Positions 55,878 to 64,000 are shown, numbered from the stretch's first letter. The stretch: 64,000 nucleotides of DNA from Candidatus Fraserbacteria bacterium (GCA_947085185.1 CAMTVK010000021.1:72409-136408); one strand, 5' to 3'. The notes: generated by a model not told the origin, from the sequence alone. Program-made: numbers and translations.

Positions 55878-57136
55878 GAGCTTTCCAAGCTCTAGTGAGT
55901 TTAGCAGTCTTATTGGGCAGTGCTGGGGCGTGGGCGCAGCAGCGCGAAGCCCCCGATCTTATCGTGCGCTCGGTGCGGCTTGAGCCGGCCTTCCCCACCC
56001 CAGGGGCTACAGTCCAGATCATCGCGACTATTGCTAATGCGGGCACCCGCACGACGAATGACGTCTTCGCTATTGAGTTTAAAGCCGATCGCGTCCAGAT
56101 CGGCGTGCGCTTCCTGGCTGATCTTGCTCCTGAGCAGTCGCTTGAGGTCCCTGTGACGTGGGAGGCCAAGCCCGGCGAGACCGTCTTCCGCATTACAGTA
56201 GACCCATTCAAGACTGTCTCCGAGCTTGATGAGAGCAATAATACTCTCTATAAGATCGTCAACGCGACGACGCACGAATTTACCGGGGCTGATTTGATCG
56301 TCAGAAATCTCCGTGTCGTAGGGGAATCGCTGCTTGGGGGGCAGGAGGCGCGCCTTGTCGCAACAGTATCGAACATTGGGCCAGGGCCGGCGGCGTTCGT
56401 CCCCGTGGGTTTTTATGTGGATGGCGAGCTTCTTATGGTACAGACTTTGCTGGAGAGCCTGCCCGCGGGACAAGAAGCGACTATAGAGATTCCCTGGACC
56501 ATTGAGATCGGCGAACGAGTTCTGCGTGCCAAGGCCGACCCCAACGGAGAGCTCTTTGAGCTTGACGAAGCAAACAACGCCTGGGCGGACTACTTCGAAT
56601 TTGCTCCCACCCCAAACAGATGCGCTCAAACCGTCTCGCTCGAGTTCGCCAGCACCAGTATGACTCTATTGGAAGAGATGACGTCGCTGCCTGTCTCTGA
56701 GTTAGTGAACGTCTTCATCCCGGCGATCCGGCGCCAGATGGAGCGCGACTACGAGGGCGTCAACGTGCGATTCTATCTGCGCCAGCCTACGGGAATCTTC
56801 AGCACTGTCTTCTTCTCGCCGGAGAATCGCGCTCCCATTTTGGGGTTAGCGCCGTTAGATTTTGGGAACCTGCGCAAGGACGACCGCGGGTTTGTCTTTG
56901 TTGGGAGTTTTCATGTCAATCGTGGGTTGCGGCTGGCGCCGCCGGAGCTGCTCGCGATACTCTTTGCCAAAGTTGCCAGCCATGAGCTAGGCCATATGCT
57001 TGGGCTGGGACACAACCCCAACGGGGGAATCATGAGCGCCCAGGCGGAGATCAACCCCTACTTGGTGCAGAACGAAAGATTCCGTCCGGAAGATTTGGAG
57101 TATCTCAAGAGAGTTCTTCCCCTGGACTGCCGGTAA
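55874..57136 (+). CDS. Secreted CARDB-domain metzincin metalloprotease
   Basis: Two CARDB repeats, HELGHMLGLGH and a Met-turn (GIM). Confidence 0.85.
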   Translation: MRAFQALVSLAVLLGSAGAWAQQREAPDLIVRSVRLEPAFPTPGATVQIIATIANAGTRTTNDVFAIEFKADRVQIGVRFLADLAPEQSLEVPVTWEAKPGETVFRITVDPFKTVSELDESNNTLYKIVNATTHEFTGADLIVRNLRVVGESLLGGQEARLVATVSNIGPGPAAFVPVGFYVDGELLMVQTLLESLPAGQEATIEIPWTIEIGERVLRAKADPNGELFELDEANNAWADYFEFAPTPNRCAQTVSLEFASTSMTLLEEMTSLPVSELVNVFIPAIRRQMERDYEGVNVRFYLRQPTGIFSTVFFSPENRAPILGLAPLDFGNLRKDDRGFVFVGSFHVNRGLRLAPPELLAILFAKVASHELGHMLGLGHNPNGGIMSAQAEINPYLVQNERFRPEDLEYLKRVLPLDCR

Positions 57137-57167
57137 GTGATTCACAGCCCTGAAACTAGCAGCTCTC

Positions 57168-57194
57168 TTGACGAAAAAAAAAAGCGACTATAAT
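57168..57194 (+). promoter_or_regulatory. Promoter with an A10 tract in its spacer
   Basis: TTGACG-AAAAAAAAAAGCGAC-TATAAT (15-nt spacer). Confidence 0.6.
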
Positions 57195-57259
57195 ATTGTG
57201 CAAGCATTGAGAGGCAACCTTCATCAAGGGCAAACACGGCAAAATGAGGTGAAGCAGCG

Positions 57260-57958
57260 ATGACCAAGCTCTCCTGCGCTCAGTGTCGGCCGCCTTGCCC
57301 GCTTGGAGACCTTTCCCCTCAGGAGACGTGGGCACTGAACGGGCTTATGCGCTCTGTATCGTTTCCTTCAGAGCAGGCACTCTTCGAGCAGGGAGACCCG
57401 CAGAGCGGCTGCTATCTTCTCTGCGAAGGGGTAGCGGTCCTACGGGCTCGCACATGCTTAGGAAAACGGCTGATAATAGGGCTTGTCGGGCCGCACGATA
57501 TAGTCGGTGTGGGGAGCTTCTTGGGGCAGCAACGCCATGAATTGAGTGTGCACGCGCTCACGGAGGTGCGGGCTCTCCATCTGACCAAAGCGGCGTGTGA
57601 TAGTCTGATGCGTGAGCCCTCGGTGTTAGTGAACCGGCTGTGTGTGGTGATGGCTCGGCAGGTGAGGCAGCTTCGCAGGCAAGCGCGGCTGTTGGCGGCG
57701 CGGGCGGGGGTGCGCGAGCGGCTTGCTGCGCTGTTAATGGATCTGGCGGAGCGGTATGGGGAGCCTACGCCAGCGGGGCTGCGGCTCAAGATCCAGCTCA
57801 GCTGTGAGCTGTTGGGCCAGATGCTGGACAGCCATCGCTCGACGGTGAACCTAGAGCTTATTAAGCTGGAGCGGCGCGGGCTGATCGAGAGAGTATCGCG
57901 TCAGATCGTGATTGTGGATGAAGCACGCTTACGGGATCTGGCGCAAAGCCTCTTCTAA
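57260..57958 (+). CDS. Crp/Fnr family transcriptional regulator with N-terminal Cys cluster
   Basis: CAQCRPPC, LFEQGD cNMP-binding fold, RERLAALL..L, HTH HRSTVN. Confidence 0.88.
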   Translation: MTKLSCAQCRPPCPLGDLSPQETWALNGLMRSVSFPSEQALFEQGDPQSGCYLLCEGVAVLRARTCLGKRLIIGLVGPHDIVGVGSFLGQQRHELSVHALTEVRALHLTKAACDSLMREPSVLVNRLCVVMARQVRQLRRQARLLAARAGVRERLAALLMDLAERYGEPTPAGLRLKIQLSCELLGQMLDSHRSTVNLELIKLERRGLIERVSRQIVIVDEARLRDLAQSLF

Positions 57959-58010
57959 TCGTGATCTTCTGGAAAGTGTTGCCAAGCCAACAGTCGAAGT
58001 GTTGTGAAGA

Positions 58011-58109
58011 CGATATACTAACTGTTGCCTGGACGGCAGTCGGGCTCCGCGGGGCGGTGTATGCTGAGCCATCCCAAAACGAGAGGCGCACCGCCTCGAA
58101 AGGGAGACA
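58011..58109 (+). repeat. Structured leader repeat, copy 1
   Basis: GATATACTAA...CTGGACGGCAGTCGGGCTCCGCGGGGCGGTGTATGCTGAGCCATCCCAAAACGAGAGGCGCACCGCCTCGAAAGGGAG. Confidence 0.9.
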
Positions 58110-58280
58110 ATGAAGTGGCGGAAGCTGGTAGCGGTCTGTACGGTCGGAGTGGTGCTGGCGCTGCTGCTGGGTGGGTTGCCCAGTGCGGACCAGATTCATT
58201 CAGCAGTTGTGACTTCTAGCAGTATACACATGGGTGCTCCTGTCAGCTGGCTCGTTTGTGAGCTAGCTGACAGGAGCTAG
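58110..58280 (+). CDS. 56-aa signal-peptide-bearing small ORF or gene stub (MKWRKLVAVCTVGVVLALLLGGLP...)
   Basis: RBS supplied by the repeat. Its 3' end coincides with an 18-bp hairpin at 58236-58277. Confidence 0.45.
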   Translation: MKWRKLVAVCTVGVVLALLLGGLPSADQIHSAVVTSSSIHMGAPVSWLVCELADRS

Positions 58281-58310
58281 TTGTAGAATCAGCTGATCAG
58301 GAGGTGCATT

Positions 58311-59198
58311 ATGTGTAAGCGCATAACATGCTTTGGATTGACGGCATTTTTGCTATTAAGCGGCATAGCGACCGCTCATCCGGCATCACCAGGAGAAGTG
58401 TGGCACAGCGGGTGGACATTGTGGCAATTGGCCGACGAGAATTGGTATTTCCGGCTGACCGTAGGAGCGCTGGCGAACATCTACCCTGAACTGCTCCAAC
58501 CCACAGGCTTCGCACGCCTTACGCTCGGGCTGAGCTGGAGCCCAAACTGGCTGCTAGCGCCCCAAGTGCACGTGACAAGAGCCACCCATGAGATCGGCAT
58601 TGGGCTTGAGAATATCGGAGGTGAACCGCGGTGGGTGCTGGAGCTCACGCCCTTTGTCATCGACTTTGAGATCAATCCTCGCTCATCTGCCCCGGCGCTA
58701 CAGCAGCCGACAGCTCAACTGGATCAGCAAGTCTCACTAGATCTGAAATCATTGGTGCTCGCGCGCTTGGATGACTTACTCAAAGCCATCGAACAGATGG
58801 CCAAAGGCATCCCTACTCTCGATCCAACTGCGTTGCGCGATCCGCTCACCGAGTTCAAGAAGGCCTTTGAAGCGGGCAAGATGAACGATGCCGCCATGCA
58901 GCTCGATACCTTCAGCGTCACGCTGTTGCTCATACAGCGTAACGGGCTTCTGACGAAGTTCCAGGAGACGCATCTGCGAGCCGGGCTGCATCGTTTAGTC
59001 TCGGCGTTCGCCCTGTTTAGAGAGCAAGTCCAACGCCAGACGGTGAAAATCTGCACAGGGCTTTTCGTCAGCGAGGATCAAAAGTCTGAAGAGGTGCTCA
59101 GCCCGCTGTTGACGGAGATACTTAAGAAGCTCACGTTCACCAACACCAAGACGGGGGCCAAGGAGACTTTCACCCTGAAAGAGTCCAAGTGCTTCTGA
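58311..59198 (+). CDS. Secreted hypothetical protein; C-terminal helical domain shared with 61977-62486
   Basis: AGGAGG RBS, signal peptide. Confidence 0.7.
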   Translation: MCKRITCFGLTAFLLLSGIATAHPASPGEVWHSGWTLWQLADENWYFRLTVGALANIYPELLQPTGFARLTLGLSWSPNWLLAPQVHVTRATHEIGIGLENIGGEPRWVLELTPFVIDFEINPRSSAPALQQPTAQLDQQVSLDLKSLVLARLDDLLKAIEQMAKGIPTLDPTALRDPLTEFKKAFEAGKMNDAAMQLDTFSVTLLLIQRNGLLTKFQETHLRAGLHRLVSAFALFREQVQRQTVKICTGLFVSEDQKSEEVLSPLLTEILKKLTFTNTKTGAKETFTLKESKCF

Positions 59199-59253
59199 GG
59201 ACGCTAACGGATCGTGACCGCCGCTCAAGTAGTGGCATCCAAAAGGGGGTATT

Positions 59254-59901
59254 ATGAACAGTCGCAAGGTTCAACTCATATTGGTTGCTCTCACGGCTGC
59301 CGCATTGCCCGTGGGTGCAATAGACATCCCTGCCCAAGCGCAAAGCCCTTTACCCGCGTACTATGCTGCCCAGCTTGCTGGAGGCAGTCTCGCCGCGCTT
59401 GCGGGCGGCTTAGGGGGAACGCTCGTCGGCGGCTTGAGCGGGGCTCTGCTTGGGGTAGCTTTTGAGTTCCTAGAAGCCCCCTTCGCCATCTATCGAGAGA
59501 CTGATCGCCTCTCGCGCGCTGTGGACTGGGCCTTCCTCGGAGCCAAGGCGGGCTTTGGCCTGGGAGCAAGCCTCGGCGCAGCAGCAGGCGTCGTATATAT
59601 TGCTTCGGCCTCTGGCGTGGCAGGTGATCCCCAAGGAGCGATGATCGGTGCCTTCATTGGTGGGATGGTGGGCATGACGATCTTGCTCGATGCGAGTCGC
59701 CCTTTCTTCCAGTGGCGCTTCATACAAACATCTGAAGGGCTGCGCGCCAGAGCCAAGAGGGGCGTTGAGTTCAAGCTCTTGCTCAATCCCGTGACGCTGG
59801 CTGCCTTAGGCGCGACCATCGGGTACAACATGGGAGCTGAGAGAAGCAACGCGAATCAAGCGATTTCCATGCCGCTCATCGTGCTGCAGAGTGTCTTCTA
59901 G
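59254..59901 (+). CDS. Secreted/membrane glycine-zipper protein
   Basis: Signal peptide and several GxxxG helices. Confidence 0.65.
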   Translation: MNSRKVQLILVALTAAALPVGAIDIPAQAQSPLPAYYAAQLAGGSLAALAGGLGGTLVGGLSGALLGVAFEFLEAPFAIYRETDRLSRAVDWAFLGAKAGFGLGASLGAAAGVVYIASASGVAGDPQGAMIGAFIGGMVGMTILLDASRPFFQWRFIQTSEGLRARAKRGVEFKLLLNPVTLAALGATIGYNMGAERSNANQAISMPLIVLQSVF

Positions 59902-59924
59902 TCCCAACTTTTTGAAAAGTGTCG

Positions 59925-60020
59925 CGATATACTAAGTCTGGACGGCAGTCGGGCTCCACGGGGCGGTGTATGCTGAGTTATCCCAAACGAGAGGCACACC
60001 GCCTCGAAAGGAGGATGACG
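59925..60020 (+). repeat. Structured leader repeat, copy 2
   Basis: Near-identical to copy 1, with pairing-compatible substitutions. Confidence 0.9.
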
Positions 60021-60074
60021 ATGATTATCATAATAATAGGTGACGATGTGATAATCATCATCGTGATTATCTAA
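60021..60074 (+). CDS. 17-aa poly-isoleucine peptide MIIIIIGDDVIIIIVII
   Basis: AAAGGAGG RBS 6 nt upstream, at the same position as the start codons after copies 1 and 3. Ile is encoded by mixed ATT/ATC/ATA codons. Confidence 0.55.
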   Translation: MIIIIIGDDVIIIIVII

Positions 60075-60093
60075 AACAAGTTTAGGTTGCTAG

Positions 60094-60136
60094 AACGAAC
60101 AAGGCTATTTATAATGCAAAAATAGCCTTGTTCGTT
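60094..60136. terminator. Perfect 17-bp hairpin (terminator, attenuator or stabiliser)
   Basis: AACGAACAAGGCTATTT-9 nt-AAATAGCCTTGTTCGTT, with only a weak U tract. Confidence 0.6.
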
Positions 60137-60157
60137 ATTAGACTCAAGGAAGGCAGT

Positions 60158-61162
60158 ATGGGTGTAGGGTTACTCGTTCAAAAAGTTTCTAAAGCCTTTA
60201 AGGGGAAATTCGTCCTTCACGATATTAACTTGACTGTGCAACCTGGAGAGGTCGTGCTCCTTAAAGGCCCTAATGGGAGCGGGAAATCCACGCTGGTCTA
60301 CCTGATCTCCGGCGTCTATCTGCTCGATACAGGCGATATCTGGCTAGACGGGATCTCTCTCAAAAAGGAGCCCCGCCGCGCCAAAGCTGCTGTCACAACT
60401 GCTTTTCAGGAGACGTTCTTTGACTCGCTCCTCTCGCCCCTACAGGCACTCTCTCTCCATACCAAGTTCTACGGCGCTCCCTGGAGCAGAAAGCAAATCC
60501 AACAAATCTTAGAAGAGTTTGGCGTTAGCGAACCAACTCGCCCTATCTTCCAATTGTCAGGGGGAACGAAGAAAAAACTCGAGCTGCTTAAGATTCGGTT
60601 GCTCGAGACTCCAGTCTATCTTCTTGATGAGCCCTTTGCCGGGTTGGATGAGTCAAGTCATAAGCAGATCGTAGAGATGATACGCGCTCGTAAGCGCCAG
60701 GGCAGAGCGATCTTGCTCATCAGCCATGAGCTAGAAAGACTCGATTTTGTTGACCGCATCCTATACCTTGAGTCTGGGCGGATCACAGAGAGCGCCAAGG
60801 AGGTTCCCAAGATGCACATTGAAGCTATTATAAGGGGATGGAGAGAGGAGCACCGCACAGCACTTGAGCCTTATCTGGTAGAGGTGCAAAAGTTGGAGCC
60901 GACAGAGGAAGAGATTCAGGAGCTGCTCAAGCCCTTGGGGGTAGATATCTTAAGCAAGCCCATTCGGATCATCCGGGCTGATGGAGCTATCGCTCAGGAG
61001 CTCCTCAAAGGGTTAGGAGGGTCTGTACGCACTATTTCCTCTCATCAGCAAGCTTCAGCGTTGAGAACCAAGCTCAAACTGGCTGGAGAGCTCTCTATCG
61101 CCCAAGCAGCCCAGCTGCTTGAGGAGTGCGGCTTAGAAGTGCTGGAGGTACGACAGGTGTAA
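60158..61162 (+). CDS. ABC exporter ATP-binding protein
   Basis: GPNGSGKST, LSGG, LLDEPFAGLD, ISH. Confidence 0.92.
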   Translation: MGVGLLVQKVSKAFKGKFVLHDINLTVQPGEVVLLKGPNGSGKSTLVYLISGVYLLDTGDIWLDGISLKKEPRRAKAAVTTAFQETFFDSLLSPLQALSLHTKFYGAPWSRKQIQQILEEFGVSEPTRPIFQLSGGTKKKLELLKIRLLETPVYLLDEPFAGLDESSHKQIVEMIRARKRQGRAILLISHELERLDFVDRILYLESGRITESAKEVPKMHIEAIIRGWREEHRTALEPYLVEVQKLEPTEEEIQELLKPLGVDILSKPIRIIRADGAIAQELLKGLGGSVRTISSHQQASALRTKLKLAGELSIAQAAQLLEECGLEVLEVRQV

Positions 61163-61165
61163 GCC

Positions 61166-61903
61166 ATGCAAGCTACGTTGCTGTTATGGTGGGTCTTCCT
61201 CAAAGAAGCTTTTACCCGGTGGGAACTCCTTCTGCCCTTTGCTGTCAATCACCTGCTGGCATTATGGGTCTTCAGCTGGGGATTTCAAAGGATTGCCGGG
61301 GCAGAATACGCCCAAATCTTAGCTATTGGCTGGATCAGCTTTGCCATGGTAACTATTGCTGTCATCGGTAGCATTACCCTGACAATCGATCTGAGCTTGC
61401 AAAAGATTCGTTATTGGCTGAGCTTGCCTGTCTCGCCAGGAGCGATCGTATTGGGAAAGCTCCTCAGCGTTGGCGCTTTAAGCATAGCCGCTTCTTTGTT
61501 CACGTTGGCTCTGGGGCGAGCCCTCTTGCTGCAAATCGAGCCGATTGAAGCCTTGTGGATCTTGCTGGTCCTTGTGCTTCAGGGATTTACGCTCGTCGGT
61601 CTGCTTGCTTCTATCTCTATATTTATACGCGATATCACAAAAGTTGGCGTCATTATCAGCTTGATAGTCGGTGCGCTGCAATATCTCAGCGTCGTCTATT
61701 TCCCTATCGAGATCTTCCCAACGTATGTGAGGGGGCTCATTTATCTTAATCCACTGACTTACGCCGTCAATTTCACAAGAGCGCTCTTGCTCTCAGACCG
61801 GCTCGACTGGCTCTCTTTAGCTATGCTAAGCCTCTTGAGCGTCGGGTGGCTGCTGGTGGGCTGGGCGGTCTTGCAAAGGAAGGTGATCCATCGGGAGCGC
61901 TAA
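61166..61903 (+). CDS. ABC-2 type exporter permease
   Basis: Six TM helices, LPVS...GK, YFP...NPLTYAVN..R. Confidence 0.88.
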   Translation: MQATLLLWWVFLKEAFTRWELLLPFAVNHLLALWVFSWGFQRIAGAEYAQILAIGWISFAMVTIAVIGSITLTIDLSLQKIRYWLSLPVSPGAIVLGKLLSVGALSIAASLFTLALGRALLLQIEPIEALWILLVLVLQGFTLVGLLASISIFIRDITKVGVIISLIVGALQYLSVVYFPIEIFPTYVRGLIYLNPLTYAVNFTRALLLSDRLDWLSLAMLSLLSVGWLLVGWAVLQRKVIHRER

Positions 61904-61976
61904 AATATCACATCTCCCAAAGATGCGGCATCGAAACACCTCAACAGAGAGCAAGGTGAAGAAGGAGGGATTACTT

Positions 61977-62486
61977 ATGATGAATGGCTGGCTGAGGAAA
62001 GTAGCGATTAGCGGTACTCTAGCGCTTATGTTGCTGACAGTTGGAGGTCAAGAGTGGCTGAGAGCGCAAGGTGGACTTGATCTGAAGGCTTTAGTCAACA
62101 CGCGTACTGATGAGCTGATTAAGCTAGCTCAAGACCTCAAGCTTGATATCAGCACCTTAACAGAGTTCAAAAAATCGTTCAATGCTGATCAGGTTGAAGC
62201 AGCGAGCAAGTCCCTCAATGCTTTTCCGGTCATAGTTGTGCTCTTTGCCGACTTGGGGAGGCTAAAAAAACTTGATGAGGCTACTCTCCAAGCGAGTCTT
62301 TACAAACTAATGAGCGCTCTGGAGCTCTTTCTCGAGACTGTCAAAAAGCAAGAGGCTAAGATTTGTGTCGCGCTGTATCTGACGGAGAAGAAGGGAGAGC
62401 GGATCGTCTCACCGTTCATCAATGAAGCCCCTAAGGAGATTGGAGGAACAGTCCCTCTCAAACTCCAAGAACAGCGATGTATTTGA
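61977..62486 (+). CDS. Secreted hypothetical protein, paralogue of the 58311 C-terminal domain
   Basis: AAGGAGG RBS, signal peptide. LDLK.LV, LTEFKK.F.A, KIC and terminal C[IF] are shared. Confidence 0.7.
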   Translation: MMNGWLRKVAISGTLALMLLTVGGQEWLRAQGGLDLKALVNTRTDELIKLAQDLKLDISTLTEFKKSFNADQVEAASKSLNAFPVIVVLFADLGRLKKLDEATLQASLYKLMSALELFLETVKKQEAKICVALYLTEKKGERIVSPFINEAPKEIGGTVPLKLQEQRCI

Positions 62487-62492
62487 GTATCG

Positions 62493-62561
62493 AGCGGCAT
62501 AGCAACCGCTCAGACAACGCCATCAGAACTGAGGCGCGATCTGCATAGCGGGTGGACATTG
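62493..62561 (+). pseudogene. Remnant of a 58311-type gene N-terminus
   Basis: Translates SGIATAQTTPSELRRDLHSGWTL versus SGIATAHPASPGEVWHSGWTL in 58311. Ends exactly at repeat copy 3. Confidence 0.65.
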
Positions 62562-62658
62562 AATACTAACTGTTGCCTGGACGGCAGTCGGGCTCCGCGA
62601 GGCGGTGTATGCTGAGCCATCCCAAACGAGAGGCGCACCGCCCCAAAAGGAGGAGACG
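62561..62658 (+). repeat. Structured leader repeat, copy 3
   Basis: Near-identical to copy 1. Confidence 0.9.
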
Positions 62659-62766
62659 ATGAGAGGGTTAGCGACGGTCGGATTTGTTGCAGTGCTGGTA
62701 GTTGTGCTTGGCGGGTGTGGCTTTTTCACGCGGATCGCCCGTTTTCACAATCCTGAACTCTCCTAG
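62659..62766 (+). pseudogene. 35-aa lipoprotein-signal stub (MRGLATVGFVAVLVVVLGGC...), probably frameshifted or truncated
   Basis: AAGGAGGAG RBS, LGGC lipobox, early stop. An open frame continues to 62908 in another frame. Confidence 0.5.
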
Positions 62767-63014
62767 CCAGCATGACGTACGACTCAACGGCATCCACTGG
62801 GGACAAATCTCATGGAGCGGTGTGTTGAGGCGCATCTTTAGCGGAATATGGAATGTGCAGATGGACCTGGGGGCACTCCTTGTATGCGATCCTTGGTTCG
62901 ACTGCTAGCAAGAGCAAGCGTAGGAGGATTCCAGAACCTGAGAAGACGTAATATAAATGAAGCTTGTTGGGCATCTAGCCCTGGTGAGAAGTTGGCTCAG
63001 AGAAGAGGCGGCCG

Positions 63015-63584
63015 ATGAGGGGAGGACTTTGGCTCCTAAGTGTTCTCTGCGTAGTGTTGCTCATAGCCGTCGGTTGTATTCCGGAGGACAATCTAGGGAC
63101 CATCTCCCTTTGGGTGGAGGTCCCCTCGGAAATACGCTTAGGCGAGCTCGTGCCCTTAAAGCTCAAGGTGAAGAATAACAGCATCTGGCCCGTTACTCTG
63201 GCCCACGGCTACCCACCGCATAACTTCATCGTAATGAAGTCTGACGGCGCGGAGGTCTGGCGTTGGGCAACGGGGCTTTTGGATGTCATCCTCACAACGC
63301 CCCTGTCCCCAGGGGAGGAGTTAGAGTTTACCGCCGAGTGGGATCAACGAAAACTTAAGTGGGATGACCGGAGTGGCTATATCAGAGGTGACCTTGTGCC
63401 GGCAGGCACCTACTGGGTCCAAGGCATCTTGCATGGGAACACATTTGAGAAGGTATATGGGGGTGGTGCAGAACATCTGAAGACCAAGCCCAAGCGATTG
63501 ATCATCAAGCCGTTTGGCTCTGAACCATCTAAGGAAGGCTCCAACAATTCACATCAGACAAAGATGAGGAAAGGAGGGGAGTGA
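63015..63584 (+). CDS. Lipoprotein with BsuPI (intracellular proteinase inhibitor)-like Ig domain
   Basis: AVGC lipobox, LKVKN..PVTL, NFIV..G.EVWRW, LSPGE, WDQ, VPAGTY. Confidence 0.7.
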   Translation: MRGGLWLLSVLCVVLLIAVGCIPEDNLGTISLWVEVPSEIRLGELVPLKLKVKNNSIWPVTLAHGYPPHNFIVMKSDGAEVWRWATGLLDVILTTPLSPGEELEFTAEWDQRKLKWDDRSGYIRGDLVPAGTYWVQGILHGNTFEKVYGGGAEHLKTKPKRLIIKPFGSEPSKEGSNNSHQTKMRKGGE

Positions 63585-63651
63585 ATCTAAATGCTCAAGA
63601 TGCCCGGATTTCTCTTGCTGCTAATACTCATCAGTGGAAGAGGAGCAAAGT

Positions 63652-63783
63652 ATGGATAGAAGATTCATATCACTTCTTGGTACCGTGCTTATCCTCGGTG
63701 GATGCACTCCCCTAGAGCTTCCACCGCTGCCTCAGAGTTGTGAAGAAGTGCCCCCTTGTTGTGATGACTTTTACGAGCCCTAG
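63652..63783 (+). CDS. 43-aa small lipoprotein or stub (MDRRFISLLGTVLILGGCTPLELPPLPQSCEEVPPCCDDFYEP)
   Basis: AGGAG RBS, LGGC lipobox. The stop coincides with the start of the duplicated segment. Confidence 0.45.
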   Translation: MDRRFISLLGTVLILGGCTPLELPPLPQSCEEVPPCCDDFYEP

Positions 63784-63792
63784 AGGTGCATT

Positions 63793-64000
63793 ATGTGTAA
63801 GCGCATAACATGCTTTGGATTGACGGCATTTTTGCTATTGAGCGGCATAGTGACTGCTCATCCGGCATCATCAGGAGAAGTGTGGCACAGCGGGTGGACA
63901 TTGTGGCAATTGGCCGACGAGAATTGGTATTTCCGGCTGACCGTAGGAGCGCTGGCGAACATCTACCCTGAACTGCTCCAACCCACAGGCTTCGCACGCC
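63793..64000 (+). CDS. Second copy of the 58311 gene, 5' part (runs off the window)
   Basis: 63783-64000 matches 58301-58518 with 4 substitutions by my comparison. Confidence 0.8.
   Translation, partial: MCKRITCFGLTAFLLLSGIVTAHPASSGEVWHSGWTLWQLADENWYFRLTVGALANIYPELLQPTGFAR

Noticed and set aside
57226..57250. GGGCAAAC as a c-di-GMP-I riboswitch start
   Set aside because: The downstream GNRA stem, GCAAA and P2 elements are missing.
58011..62658. Repeats as a CRISPR array or integron attC sites
   Set aside because: Units are ~95 nt, kilobases apart and lie before start codons. No cas or intI genes and no attC R-box pattern.

Overview
A 64-kb window of a GC-rich (~58% by eye) bacterial chromosome. 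Gene content and archaea-like genes (TrmY, HEPN/MNT pairs, protoglobin) suggest a deep-branching thermophile such as Candidatus Bipolaricaulota/Acetothermia; this taxonomy is an inference. Most of the window is housekeeping genes (folE, thiL, argF, ilvE, gltX, glnS, folC-folB-folK-rng, tRNA-Val, pyrF, trkAH, pcm, ltaE, nrdJ, mutM, serS), mixed with toxin-antitoxin modules and a cluster of secreted beta-propeller/CARDB surface proteins. Features missed by the ORF track: (1) a tmRNA gene split in its T-loop by a 710-nt group I intron whose P1 loop carries a LAGLIDADG homing endonuclease, with a tag peptide ending in -SLN; (2) a 47-aa peptide gene with its own promoter and terminator ahead of a membrane HD-GYP protein and a DUF5317-like protein, a candidate peptide-signalling system; (3) three copies of a ~95-nt structured leader at 58.0, 59.9 and 62.6 kb, each driving a tiny ORF, one of them a 17-aa poly-isoleucine peptide in front of an ABC exporter, inside a mosaic of duplicated and truncated secreted-protein genes; (4) a Ser-initiated intein placed right after the catalytic Cys of NrdJ; (5) a HEPN/MNT cassette between 35-bp direct repeats of the gltX 3' end; (6) probable non-canonical start codons in folB and rng, and many apparently leaderless genes.
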